From: Deltaproteobacteria bacterium
Lineage (GTDB): Bacteria; Desulfobacterota; SM23-61
DNA length: 38,027 nt
Direction: 5' to 3'
Assembly: GCA_016234425.1 (NCBI GenBank)
Contig: JACRCA010000114.1
Coordinates: 1-38,027, forward strand
In this document: positions 8,822 through 16,060 of the stretch, piece by piece
Layout: every line of letters starts with the position of its first letter
How positions within the stretch are numbered: position 1 is the first letter of the stretch
Notes under the pieces: model-generated
Databases searched by the model: none
What the model saw: only the letters and a program-made list of their open reading frames with translations
What the model was told of the DNA's origin: nothing
Translations under genes and position numbers: made by a program

Positions 8822-9463
8822 CTAATCTTTTTCCCTAACCCCGATCTTTGGGCACAGTTTAGTCACCGGACAAACAGAGCATTTGGGTCTCTGGGCGTAG
8901 CATATTTGCCGGCCATGGAAAACGAGCTGATGGCACGTCCTGGTCCAACGGTCAGGGGGAATGACTTCCATCAATTCGAATTCAATTTTATCCGGGTCAC
9001 TGGACTTCGCCCAGCCCAGTCGATGGGTGACTCTTTTAACATGGGTATCTACAGCGATCGCTTGCTGGCCATAAGCATTCCCCAGTATGATGTTAGCAGT
9101 TTTTCGGCCCACTCCGGGGAGCGCAGTAAGTTCTTCCAGCGTCCGAGGAACCTGGCCATGGATTTTTTTTACGATCATCTGGCAACAGTTGATGATGCTT
9201 CTGGCCTTGTTGTGGTAAAAGCCTGTAGGGCGAATTTCCTCTTCGAGGGTTTGCAGGTCCGCTCCCGCGTAATCTGCCGCTTGGCGGTATTTTTTGAAAA
9301 GATCCTTGGTCACTACATTCACCCGCTCGTCCGTGCATTGCGCAGCCAAAATGGTGGCCATAAGAAGCTGGAGGGGATCTGCGAAATTAAGGGTCACGCG
9401 GGCATCCGCATATTCCTTCTGGAGGATGTCCAGGACCTTCATCGGCCTCTCGGTCTTTTTCAT
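8822..9463 (-). CDS. nth: Endonuclease III (HhH-GPD DNA glycosylase with Fe-S cluster loop)
   Basis: LPGVGRKTANIILGNAYG helix-hairpin-helix, catalytic D in AVDTHVKRV, and a C-terminal CysX6CysX2CysX5Cys (CYAQRPKCSVCPVTKLC). Confidence 0.9.
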   Translation of the reverse strand: MKKTERPMKVLDILQKEYADARVTLNFADPLQLLMATILAAQCTDERVNVVTKDLFKKYRQAADYAGADLQTLEEEIRPTGFYHNKARSIINCCQMIVKKIHGQVPRTLEELTALPGVGRKTANIILGNAYGQQAIAVDTHVKRVTHRLGWAKSSDPDKIEFELMEVIPPDRWTRTCHQLVFHGRQICYAQRPKCSVCPVTKLCPKIGVREKD

Positions 9464-9478
9464 TTTTTGATCCTTTTT

Positions 9479-9952
9479 TCAACTCTCCCCGATGTAGGTT
9501 TTTCCATAATCGGCGGTCGTCAGGGGTTTTCCTTGCTGAGATGCTGAGGCCCAGCGCACTTCCCCAATAAAAAGGATATGATCGCCAGCCTCCATGGTGG
9601 TGAAAACGCGGCATTCCCATGAAGCCAGGGCTTCTTTCAGAAAGGGAACGCCATTTTCTTCAGTTGCAACAAAAAGCTCAGAGAACTTGCGTTGAGAAAT
9701 TGGATTTTTCAAGAAGACCACCATTGGTTTTTGTTCGACTCGCAACAAGCTGAGAGCAAATACGCCACTCTCTCGGATGATGGGTAAAGCATGGCGGTGG
9801 CGACGAAGAGCCACCATCAGAAGGGGAGGGGAATAGGAAACCTGGGAAACCCAGGAGACGATCATGGCGCAAGGTTCGGCCCCTTTTCTTGCTGTTAAAA
9901 CATATATGCCGTAAGGGATAAGGCGGAAAGTCTTGGCCATTTGCGGATCCAT
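9479..9952 (-). CDS. Flavin reductase-like domain protein
   Basis: 157 aa. YGIYVLTAR...AMIVSWVSQVSYSPPLLMVAL...SGVFALSLL matches the flavin-reductase-like FMN-binding fold pattern. Confidence 0.7.
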   Translation of the reverse strand: MDPQMAKTFRLIPYGIYVLTARKGAEPCAMIVSWVSQVSYSPPLLMVALRRHRHALPIIRESGVFALSLLRVEQKPMVVFLKNPISQRKFSELFVATEENGVPFLKEALASWECRVFTTMEAGDHILFIGEVRWASASQQGKPLTTADYGKTYIGES

Positions 9953-10100
9953 CGAAAGCTCCTTGGGCAGTTTATTTAATATTCTTAAAGGAAGGTAGAA
10001 CGTAAAGTCAAGCTTTTTCTCATCAATTCATACTATATAAAAAAGGTAAGCTATAAGAGGGAAAAAGGAATATTTTCCCAACTTTTGTGGTGTTATTTTT

Positions 10101-10130
10101 TTGACAAAACTTTACTAAATTTATTATAAT
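10101..10130 (+). promoter_or_regulatory. Sigma70-type promoter candidate for the cysK operon
   Basis: TTGACA (10101-10106), an 18-nt spacer, then TATAAT (10125-10130), located 38 nt upstream of the cysK ATG. Confidence 0.5.
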
Positions 10131-10167
10131 TTTAGCTGATCAGGCGAGCGGGAAGGAGAGAGAAAGG

Positions 10168-11094
10168 ATGCGCAGAGCGGAGAGTGCCCTGGATTTGATC
10201 GGCTCAACCCCGGTTGTACGGCTCAGGCGGCTTCCCGAGAGGGGGGATGCCACGATCTGGGCCAAATTGGAATCCTTCAATCCGGGGGGTTCTGTAAAGG
10301 ATCGCATCTGTTTGAGTATGATTGAAGCAGGGGAGAAAGAAGGAAAAATTCGCCAAGGGACCACCATCGTTGAGCCCACCAGTGGAAACACGGGAATCGG
10401 CCTGGCCATGGTTTGCGCGGTCAAAGGATATCGGTTGATCCTGACAATGCCGGAAACGATGAGCCTGGAACGCCGGGCCCTTTTGGCGGCCTATGGGGCT
10501 CAATTGGAGATAACGCCGGGAAATGAGGGAATGAGAGGGGCCATCCGGCGGGCCGAAGAGATTGTGGCGAAGAATGCCAATTTTTTCATGCCCCAGCAAT
10601 TCACCAACCCAGCGAATCCCCAGATTCATCGAGAGACCACAGCTAGAGAGATCCTCTCTCAGATCAAAGAGAGGATCGATGCATTTGTGGGTGGAGTGGG
10701 GACGGGAGGCACGATTACAGGGGTGGGTGAGATCCTGAAGAAAAAGATGAAAGGAGTAAAAATTGTAGCTGTGGAGCCAGCTCACTCCCCAGTGCTCTCC
10801 GGAGGAAACCCCGGGCCTCATAAAATTCAGGGGATCGGCGCGGGGTTCATCCCCCAGGTTCTGAACGCCTCGATCATCGACCAAATCATCACGGTCCAGG
10901 ATGAAGAGGCTGCCGCAACCGCCCGAAGGTTGGCTAAAGAAGAAGGACTCTTGGTGGGCATTTCTTCTGGGGCAGCTGCTTTCGGGGCCCTCCGGGTGGC
11001 CAAAGAATTGGGGAAAGGAAAGACGGTGATCGTCGTTTTGCCTGATACTGGCGAGAGGTATCTAAGCACAGGAATGTTTGGAATTACGGGGTAA
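10168..11094 (+). CDS. cysK: Cysteine synthase A (O-acetylserine sulfhydrylase, PLP-dependent)
   Basis: [12 protein letters not shown]-lysine motif, [21 protein letters not shown] and GISSGAA, 308 aa. Confidence 0.9.
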   Translation: MRRAESALDLIGSTPVVRLRRLPERGDATIWAKLESFNPGGSVKDRICLSMIEAGEKEGKIRQGTTIVEPTSGNTGIGLAMVCAVKGYRLILTMPETMSLERRALLAAYGAQLEITPGNEGMRGAIRRAEEIVAKNANFFMPQQFTNPANPQIHRETTAREILSQIKERIDAFVGGVGTGGTITGVGEILKKKMKGVKIVAVEPAHSPVLSGGNPGPHKIQGIGAGFIPQVLNASIIDQIITVQDEEAAATARRLAKEEGLLVGISSGAAAFGALRVAKELGKGKTVIVVLPDTGERYLSTGMFGITG

Positions 11095-11098
11095 AGGG

Positions 11099-11989
11099 AT
11101 GGAAACAAAGGGGAAAATTAACGCAACCCAGCGTAAAAACCCGGACGGCCTGGCCAAGCCTCTGCAAGAGAAATTAGAAAAGGCCAAAAGGATGTTGCAG
11201 GAGATGGGCTCAGTCTTAGTCGCCTTTTCTGGAGGGGTGGACAGTACTCTGCTCCTGCACCTGGCCCATGAAGAGCTAGGCGATCGGGCCATGGCTTTGT
11301 TGGCTTCTTCGCCCACCTATCCAGAGTTTGAAATCCAGCAAGCCAAGAGGCTAGCCGAGGAGTGGGGAATTCGTTATTTTGAGCTTTTTTCCAATGAGTT
11401 CCAAATCCCCGGCTTCTCTCAGAATACGCCCCGCCGTTGCTATCACTGCAAAAAAGAGCTTTTCAGCCTTTGCCGCAAGAAAGCGGAGACCCTTGGCCTA
11501 AAATACGTGGCGGATGGGTCTAACCTGGATGACACCGCGGATTATCGTCCAGGAATGGAAGCGGCCCAGGAGCTTGGTATTCGAAGTCCTTTGAAGGAAG
11601 CAGGTCTGACGAAAAAAGATGTAAGAGAGTTGAGCTACCAGATGGGGCTCCCTACTTGGGACAAGCCCTCTTTCGCTTGCCTTGCATCTCGATTTCCCTA
11701 TGGGACAGAGATTACGGTCCAGCGCCTCGAACAAGTGGAGAAAGCCGAGGACTTTTTGCGCGGCCTCGGGTTCCGCCAATTGCGCGTGCGCTATCACGGA
11801 GAATTGGCCCGAGTGGAATTGGAGCCGGAGGAGATAGGCCGCCTGCTCGAGGAAAAGCTCCGCACTGAGATCGTGCGTTTTCTGAAAGAAGTGGGCTTCA
11901 TTTACGTGACCCTGGACCTGCAGGGATACCGTACCGGGGCGATGAATGAGGGCTTGAAGGTGCCAGAACCCAAAAGCGTAAGGAGCTGA
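11099..11989 (+). CDS. LarE-family PP-loop ATP pyrophosphatase / sulfur transferase (TIGR00268-like)
   Basis: VAFSGGVDSTLL PP-loop, RRCYHCKKELF CxxC, DGSNLDDTADYRPG, and ACLASRFPYG carrying the conserved Cys. ATG at 11099 is preferred over the track start at 11078. Confidence 0.8.
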   Translation: METKGKINATQRKNPDGLAKPLQEKLEKAKRMLQEMGSVLVAFSGGVDSTLLLHLAHEELGDRAMALLASSPTYPEFEIQQAKRLAEEWGIRYFELFSNEFQIPGFSQNTPRRCYHCKKELFSLCRKKAETLGLKYVADGSNLDDTADYRPGMEAAQELGIRSPLKEAGLTKKDVRELSYQMGLPTWDKPSFACLASRFPYGTEITVQRLEQVEKAEDFLRGLGFRQLRVRYHGELARVELEPEEIGRLLEEKLRTEIVRFLKEVGFIYVTLDLQGYRTGAMNEGLKVPEPKSVRS

Positions 11990-11997
11990 AAGGAATC

Positions 11998-12504
11998 ATG
12001 GAAAAAACCGCGCAGGTGCGGAAGATCGTGCTCACGGGCCTTTTCGCGGCCCTGGCTGTGGTCCTCTCCGGGATTCATTTTCCCATCGGACCGACAAAAG
12101 TGTTCCCCTTTCAGCATATGGTCAACGTCCTGGCCGGAATCCTGATCGGGCCCTGGTACGCAGCCCTCGCTGCTTTAATTGCCGGCATCATCCGCAATGC
12201 CATCGGTACAGGGACGATTTTCGCTTTCCCCGGTGGAATTCCGGGGGCCATCGTCGTCGGCTTAACCTACCGCTGGCTGCACAGAGATTGGGCGGCCATG
12301 ACGGAACCTTTAGGCACGGGCGTTGTGGGGGTCGCCCTGATCGTCCTCCTTCTCGGGCCCTTGATGGGAAAACAATTCGCCTTTGCCTTCTTTTTCACTG
12401 CCTTCATGGCTTCGAGCATCCCTGGCTCAGCCATCGGTTACTTCCTCCTGAAAACCCTGAGAAAGACCAAGGTCCTTGAGCTGCCAAGAATACCGGAAGC
12501 GTAA
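11998..12504 (+). CDS. thiW: ThiW-like ECF-type S component (predicted thiazole transporter)
   Basis: 168 aa, about 5 TM segments. HFPIGPTKVFPFQHMVNVLAGILIGPWYA...IRNAIGTGTIFAFPGGIPGAIVVGL matches my recollection of the ThiW consensus. It starts 8 nt after the larE-like stop. Confidence 0.75.
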   Translation: MEKTAQVRKIVLTGLFAALAVVLSGIHFPIGPTKVFPFQHMVNVLAGILIGPWYAALAALIAGIIRNAIGTGTIFAFPGGIPGAIVVGLTYRWLHRDWAAMTEPLGTGVVGVALIVLLLGPLMGKQFAFAFFFTAFMASSIPGSAIGYFLLKTLRKTKVLELPRIPEA

Positions 12505-13030
12505 GACTCTCATCGTCGGGGAAGTGAATTCTGGAAAGACTGAACGGACATTGCAGATCCTCCGGGATCTGCTGAGTTGTGGCGAAGATCTCATCGCCGT
12601 TCTGGACCTGGCTCCGGAGAGGATTCAAGGAGTGGGGGGGAAAATGTCCCTCTTTCCTGCGGAAAGGGAGCGAATGCTATACCTTTCTCCCCAGATCGCT
12701 CCGCCCAGGCTTTGGGGAAAAGACGAGGAAGAAATCCAAGTGTTAGCCCAGGAAAATCTTCGGCGAATTGAAGAGGAGTTTAAGAAGCTCCAGGGAAGAA
12801 GCTTGCGCACCGTGGTCATCAACGACGTTTCCCTCTATCTGCAAGCGGGGAGGGCGGAGGATCTGTTTCTTTCCTTGGAGAAGATTCCTACCTTAGTCAT
12901 GAATGGATACTACGGCAGATATTTCGGCGCGAGTGCCTTCAGCCGCCGCGAAAGGGAGCAAATGGAGGTCCTTATCTCCCGCTGCGATCAGGTCTTCTAC
13001 CTTCCGGCCGTCATTTTCCCTTCCGTTTAA
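12476..13030 (+). CDS. Uncharacterised soluble P-loop NTPase
   Basis: Walker A-like GEVNSGKT near the N-terminus and a possible Walker B hhhhD in TVVINDVS. I recognise no family. TTG start at 12476 overlaps the thiW end by 29 nt, so the start is uncertain. Confidence 0.6.
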   Translation: MSCQEYRKRKTLIVGEVNSGKTERTLQILRDLLSCGEDLIAVLDLAPERIQGVGGKMSLFPAERERMLYLSPQIAPPRLWGKDEEEIQVLAQENLRRIEEEFKKLQGRSLRTVVINDVSLYLQAGRAEDLFLSLEKIPTLVMNGYYGRYFGASAFSRREREQMEVLISRCDQVFYLPAVIFPSV

Positions 13031-13095
13031 TCCTTCCTTTGGCTCCTGCCCAAGTCCGGCCCATTTTGTTGCTTTCTTTGACTGGCGAAATCTTC

Positions 13096-13124
13096 TTGAC
13101 AGGAGGAGAGGAGTATGTTAAGTT
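13096..13124 (+). promoter_or_regulatory. Sigma70-type promoter candidate upstream of the fur-feoB operon
   Basis: TTGACA (13096-13101), a 17-nt spacer, then TAAGTT (13119-13124). Confidence 0.4.
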
Positions 13125-13147
13125 GAAAATGAAATTCAAAATCATTT
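13124..13147. promoter_or_regulatory. Fur-box-like operator overlapping the -10 element
   Basis: TGAAAATGAAATTCA (13124-13138) matches 11 of 14 defined positions of the 7-1-7 Fur consensus TGATAATnATTATCA. It extends into the imperfect palindrome AAATGAAATTCAAAATCATTT. Confidence 0.45.
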
Positions 13148-13386
13148 AACCTAAAATAAGCGCTTTACCACAGAGGGCACAGAGGAAAGTTGAAATAAAT
13201 CAAGGCAATAAACCCATTTTCTCTGCTTTACTCCGTGCGCTCGTTAAGTGAAAACGAACCGATATTTTAGCTTACGAATTTATTACATGAGAACACAGAG
13301 AAAAGATTGAGGTTATGTTGTTTTTTAACAATGAAATTATTCTCTGCGTTCTCTGTGGTTTAAAAAATCGCTCAATTTAGGTTTAA
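13145..13386. repeat. Two tandem imperfect palindromic (MITE/REP-like) units built on CACAGAG / CTCTGTG modules
   Basis: The outer arms are reverse complements with a few indels: 13145-13188 (TTTAACCTAAAATAAGCGCTTTACCACAGAGGGCACAGAGGAA) and 13340-13386 (rc TTAAACCTAAATTGAGCGATTTTTTAAACCACAGAGAACGCAGAGAA). The inner arms are degenerate copies: 13217-13277 (TTTTCTCTGCTTTACTCCGTGCGC...TATTTTAGCTT) and 13271-13305 (...GAGAACACAGAGAAAAG). GAGAACACAGAGAA (13289-13302) pairs with TTCTCTGCGTTCTC (13340-13353) with one mismatch. Confidence 0.7.
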
Positions 13387-13393
13387 TTTACCC

Positions 13394-13882
13394 ATGGGAA
13401 AATTCAGCGGCCCCCAATTTCACCGCCTTCTGAGAGAACGCGGTCTCAAATCCACCCGCCAGCGGGAGCAGATTGTGCGGGTGTTCATGGAATCTGGTTC
13501 CCATTTGAGTGTGGAGGAGCTATACCAACGAGTTCGGCAGAAAGATCCCCGGATTGGGTATGCCACGGTCTACCGTACTCTGAAGTTGATGGCCGAGAGC
13601 GGATGGGCTTCTTCTCGCCGTTTTCGGGATCGCTTGGCCCTTTTTGAGCACCAATCCGCGGGCGAACACCATGACCACCTCATCTGCCTGCTCTGTGGCA
13701 AAATTGTGGAATTCGAGAGCGAACGCATCGAAGAGCTGCAGTCCCGCGTTGCCCGCCGGCAGGGTTTTCGGATCTTCGACCATAAACTGGAGCTTTACGG
13801 TCACTGTCCCGCCTGCATCCCCAAAGAGAAGGGCGGGGGGAGCGAAAAGCGCGGGAAATCGGAGCATGGAAAAACACTCTAA
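13394..13882 (+). CDS. fur: Fur-family metalloregulator
   Basis: Winged-helix N-terminus (GLKSTRQREQIVRVF...ATVYRTLKLM). HHDHLICLLCGKIVEF and a C-terminal HCPAC form the two CxxC pairs and the His-rich site. Confidence 0.85.
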   Translation: MGKFSGPQFHRLLRERGLKSTRQREQIVRVFMESGSHLSVEELYQRVRQKDPRIGYATVYRTLKLMAESGWASSRRFRDRLALFEHQSAGEHHDHLICLLCGKIVEFESERIEELQSRVARRQGFRIFDHKLELYGHCPACIPKEKGGGSEKRGKSEHGKTL

Positions 13883-15842
13883 AGTTCCATCCTTCACCGG
13901 CGACGGGATCGAGAGGGTAGCCCTGGTGGGAAATCCCAACGTGGGGAAGAGCGTAGTTTTCGGATGGCTGACCGGCCAGTATGTCACTGTATCGAATTAT
14001 CCCGGAACCACAGTAGAGATCACCCAGGGGAACCTCAATGTCGGAGGAAAGAGAAGGTTCATCGTAGACACCCCGGGGATCAACAACCTCATCCCTATGT
14101 CGGAGGATGAGCGAGTAACGCGAGATATCCTGTTAGAAGACGAGGAGCTGAAAGTCATTCAGGTTTGCGATGCCAAGAACCTCCGCCGCGGTTTAATGAT
14201 CACCCTCCAGCTGGCCGAGATGGAGAAGCCCGTAATCTTGGTCCTGAACATGGCAGACGAAGCCAGAGAGAGGGGGATTTCGATCGACCACCAGGGTCTC
14301 TCCAGGTTGCTGGGAATTCCCGTACTTTCCACGATCGCCACTCGACGGAAAGGCCTGGATGGAATCGTACAGAACCTGGATGAGGGCCGCCCACCCCAAA
14401 TTCACTTAGCTTATGGTTCAGAGTTCGAGGAAGGAATCGCCGAGATCGAAAGGCTCCTTCCCAAAAAGCAGAAAGGAAAGAGAGCGTTAGCCCTAATGCT
14501 TTTGGCCGGAGACGAAAGCCTGAAGGAATGGCTCCATGCCCGCAGGAGCGAAAAGGATGTGCAGAAGATTGAAGAAATCTGCCAACGCGTGGAAAGGCAG
14601 CACCAAGAGCCCTTGGGCTTTTTAATCAGCCGGAGGCGGCTGACCGGAGTAGACCAGATCTTGGAGGGGGTCTTCCAGAAAGAAAAGAGAAGCCAGGGGA
14701 GGACAACCTTGGCTTTGGGCAGTCTGACTACCCACCCCATCGGAGGCATCCCGGTCCTCCTGGCGGTTCTTTATGGCATGTACAAATTTGTAGGAGATTT
14801 TGGAGCAGGGGTAGGAGTGGACTTTGTGCAGAACGTTTTTTTCGGCCAAGGGATCAATCCTGCAGCGACCCGGATCGTGGAGTCTCTTTTGCCATGGAAG
14901 GTCTTGCAGGCCTTTCTCGTCGGTCCTTATGGCCTTGTGACCATGGGCCTTACTTATGCCCTGGCGGTCGTTTTACCCATCGTGGGAACATTCTTTCTCG
15001 CTTTTGGATTGTTGGAGGATTCGGGATACCTCCCCCGATTGGCTGTGATGGTGAATCGGCTCTTCCGAGCAATGGGATTAAGCGGCAAAGCCGTGCTTCC
15101 TATGGTTCTGGGCCTCGGATGCGATACCATGGCCACGCTGACCGCGCGAGTGTTAGAAACGAAGAAAGAGCGAATATTGGTTACTTTGCTCTTGGCTTTG
15201 GGCGTGCCCTGCTCGGCTCAGATAGGGGTAATGATGGGCATGTTTGCTGGACTGTCCCTGAAAGCGATAATTCTTTGGGGACTCGTTGTAGTTGGCAGTA
15301 TGATTCTTGTAGGCCTGACCGCGGCGAAGCTGATTCCCGGGGAGAGGGCAGATTTCATCCTGGAAATTCCACCCCTGCGCTTCCCCACCTTGGGCAATAT
15401 CTTTGCTAAGACTCTGGCTCGGGTGGAGTGGTTCCTGAAGGAAGCTGTTCCGCTGTTCCTTTTGGGAACTTTTTTGCTGTTCGTTTTTGACCGCCTGGGG
15501 GTGCTCAAAGTTATCCGGGGTCTTTCCGAGCCGGTTGTGGTCCAGTTTCTTGGTTTGCCGGCCAAAGCAGCCGAAGTTTTCCTCCTTGGGTTTCTGCGGC
15601 GGGACTACGGGGCGACCGGCCTTTTTGTCATGGCCAAAGCCGGGGAATTGGATGCTGGGCAGGTCGTCGTAAGCCTGGTGACGATCACTCTTTTCGTTCC
15701 CTGTCTGGCCAATTTTTTTATGATTATTAAGGAGCGAGGGGTTTGGCAAGCCCTGGCTATGGCTGGCTTCATCTTCCCGTTTGCGTTTCTAATCGGGGGG
15801 GGATTGAATTATCTGCTCCATGCCCTGGAAGTCAAGATATGA
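13866..15842 (+). CDS. feoB: Ferrous iron transporter FeoB (G-domain plus Gate-domain membrane part)
   Basis: G1 motif GNPNVGKS, G2 YPGTTVE, G3 DTPG, G4 NMAD, then a polytopic C-terminal part. The track ORF begins at 13644, but the first FeoB-like residues start at ATG 13866 (MEKHSKVPSFTGDGIERVALVGNPNVGKS), overlapping the fur end by 17 nt. Confidence 0.9.
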   Translation: MEKHSKVPSFTGDGIERVALVGNPNVGKSVVFGWLTGQYVTVSNYPGTTVEITQGNLNVGGKRRFIVDTPGINNLIPMSEDERVTRDILLEDEELKVIQVCDAKNLRRGLMITLQLAEMEKPVILVLNMADEARERGISIDHQGLSRLLGIPVLSTIATRRKGLDGIVQNLDEGRPPQIHLAYGSEFEEGIAEIERLLPKKQKGKRALALMLLAGDESLKEWLHARRSEKDVQKIEEICQRVERQHQEPLGFLISRRRLTGVDQILEGVFQKEKRSQGRTTLALGSLTTHPIGGIPVLLAVLYGMYKFVGDFGAGVGVDFVQNVFFGQGINPAATRIVESLLPWKVLQAFLVGPYGLVTMGLTYALAVVLPIVGTFFLAFGLLEDSGYLPRLAVMVNRLFRAMGLSGKAVLPMVLGLGCDTMATLTARVLETKKERILVTLLLALGVPCSAQIGVMMGMFAGLSLKAIILWGLVVVGSMILVGLTAAKLIPGERADFILEIPPLRFPTLGNIFAKTLARVEWFLKEAVPLFLLGTFLLFVFDRLGVLKVIRGLSEPVVVQFLGLPAKAAEVFLLGFLRRDYGATGLFVMAKAGELDAGQVVVSLVTITLFVPCLANFFMIIKERGVWQALAMAGFIFPFAFLIGGGLNYLLHALEVKI

Positions 15843-16060
15843 AAGGAAACGAAAAAAAATTTCTCCGATGTCCCCTCTGTGGGAACATTTTTGCCAAAGA
15901 TACCCTTGGGTGTCCCAAGGGTTGTCTGTGGAAGAAAAAAACTTGCGGGCTCATATGCTGTCCCCGGTGCCGTTACCAATTCGTTGAAGAATCGAAGGTC
16001 ATCCGCTTAGGGAAAAAGATTTTTGGCCAGGGAGGAATGAAGAAGGAGGCTGAGCGATGA
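15839..16060 (+). CDS. Cys-rich 73-aa protein (zinc-ribbon or Fe-S-like), family unknown
   Basis: MKGNEKKFLRCPLCGNIFAKDTLGCPKGCLWKKKTCGLICCPRCRYQF... with 9 Cys in 36 residues and no TM segment. ATGA overlap with the feoB stop (15839-15842) and with the downstream regulator start (16057-16060). Confidence 0.6.
   Translation: MKGNEKKFLRCPLCGNIFAKDTLGCPKGCLWKKKTCGLICCPRCRYQFVEESKVIRLGKKIFGQGGMKKEAER

Noticed and set aside
10131-12000. Expected TPP riboswitch in front of thiW or the cysK operon
   Set aside because: The gap before thiW is only 8 nt. The 37-nt cysK leader has none of the conserved TPP core sequences.
13644-13865. 74-codon N-terminal extension of the feoB ORF in the track
   Set aside because: The extension overlaps fur in another frame and has no FeoB similarity. 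The FeoB G-domain begins right after ATG 13866.
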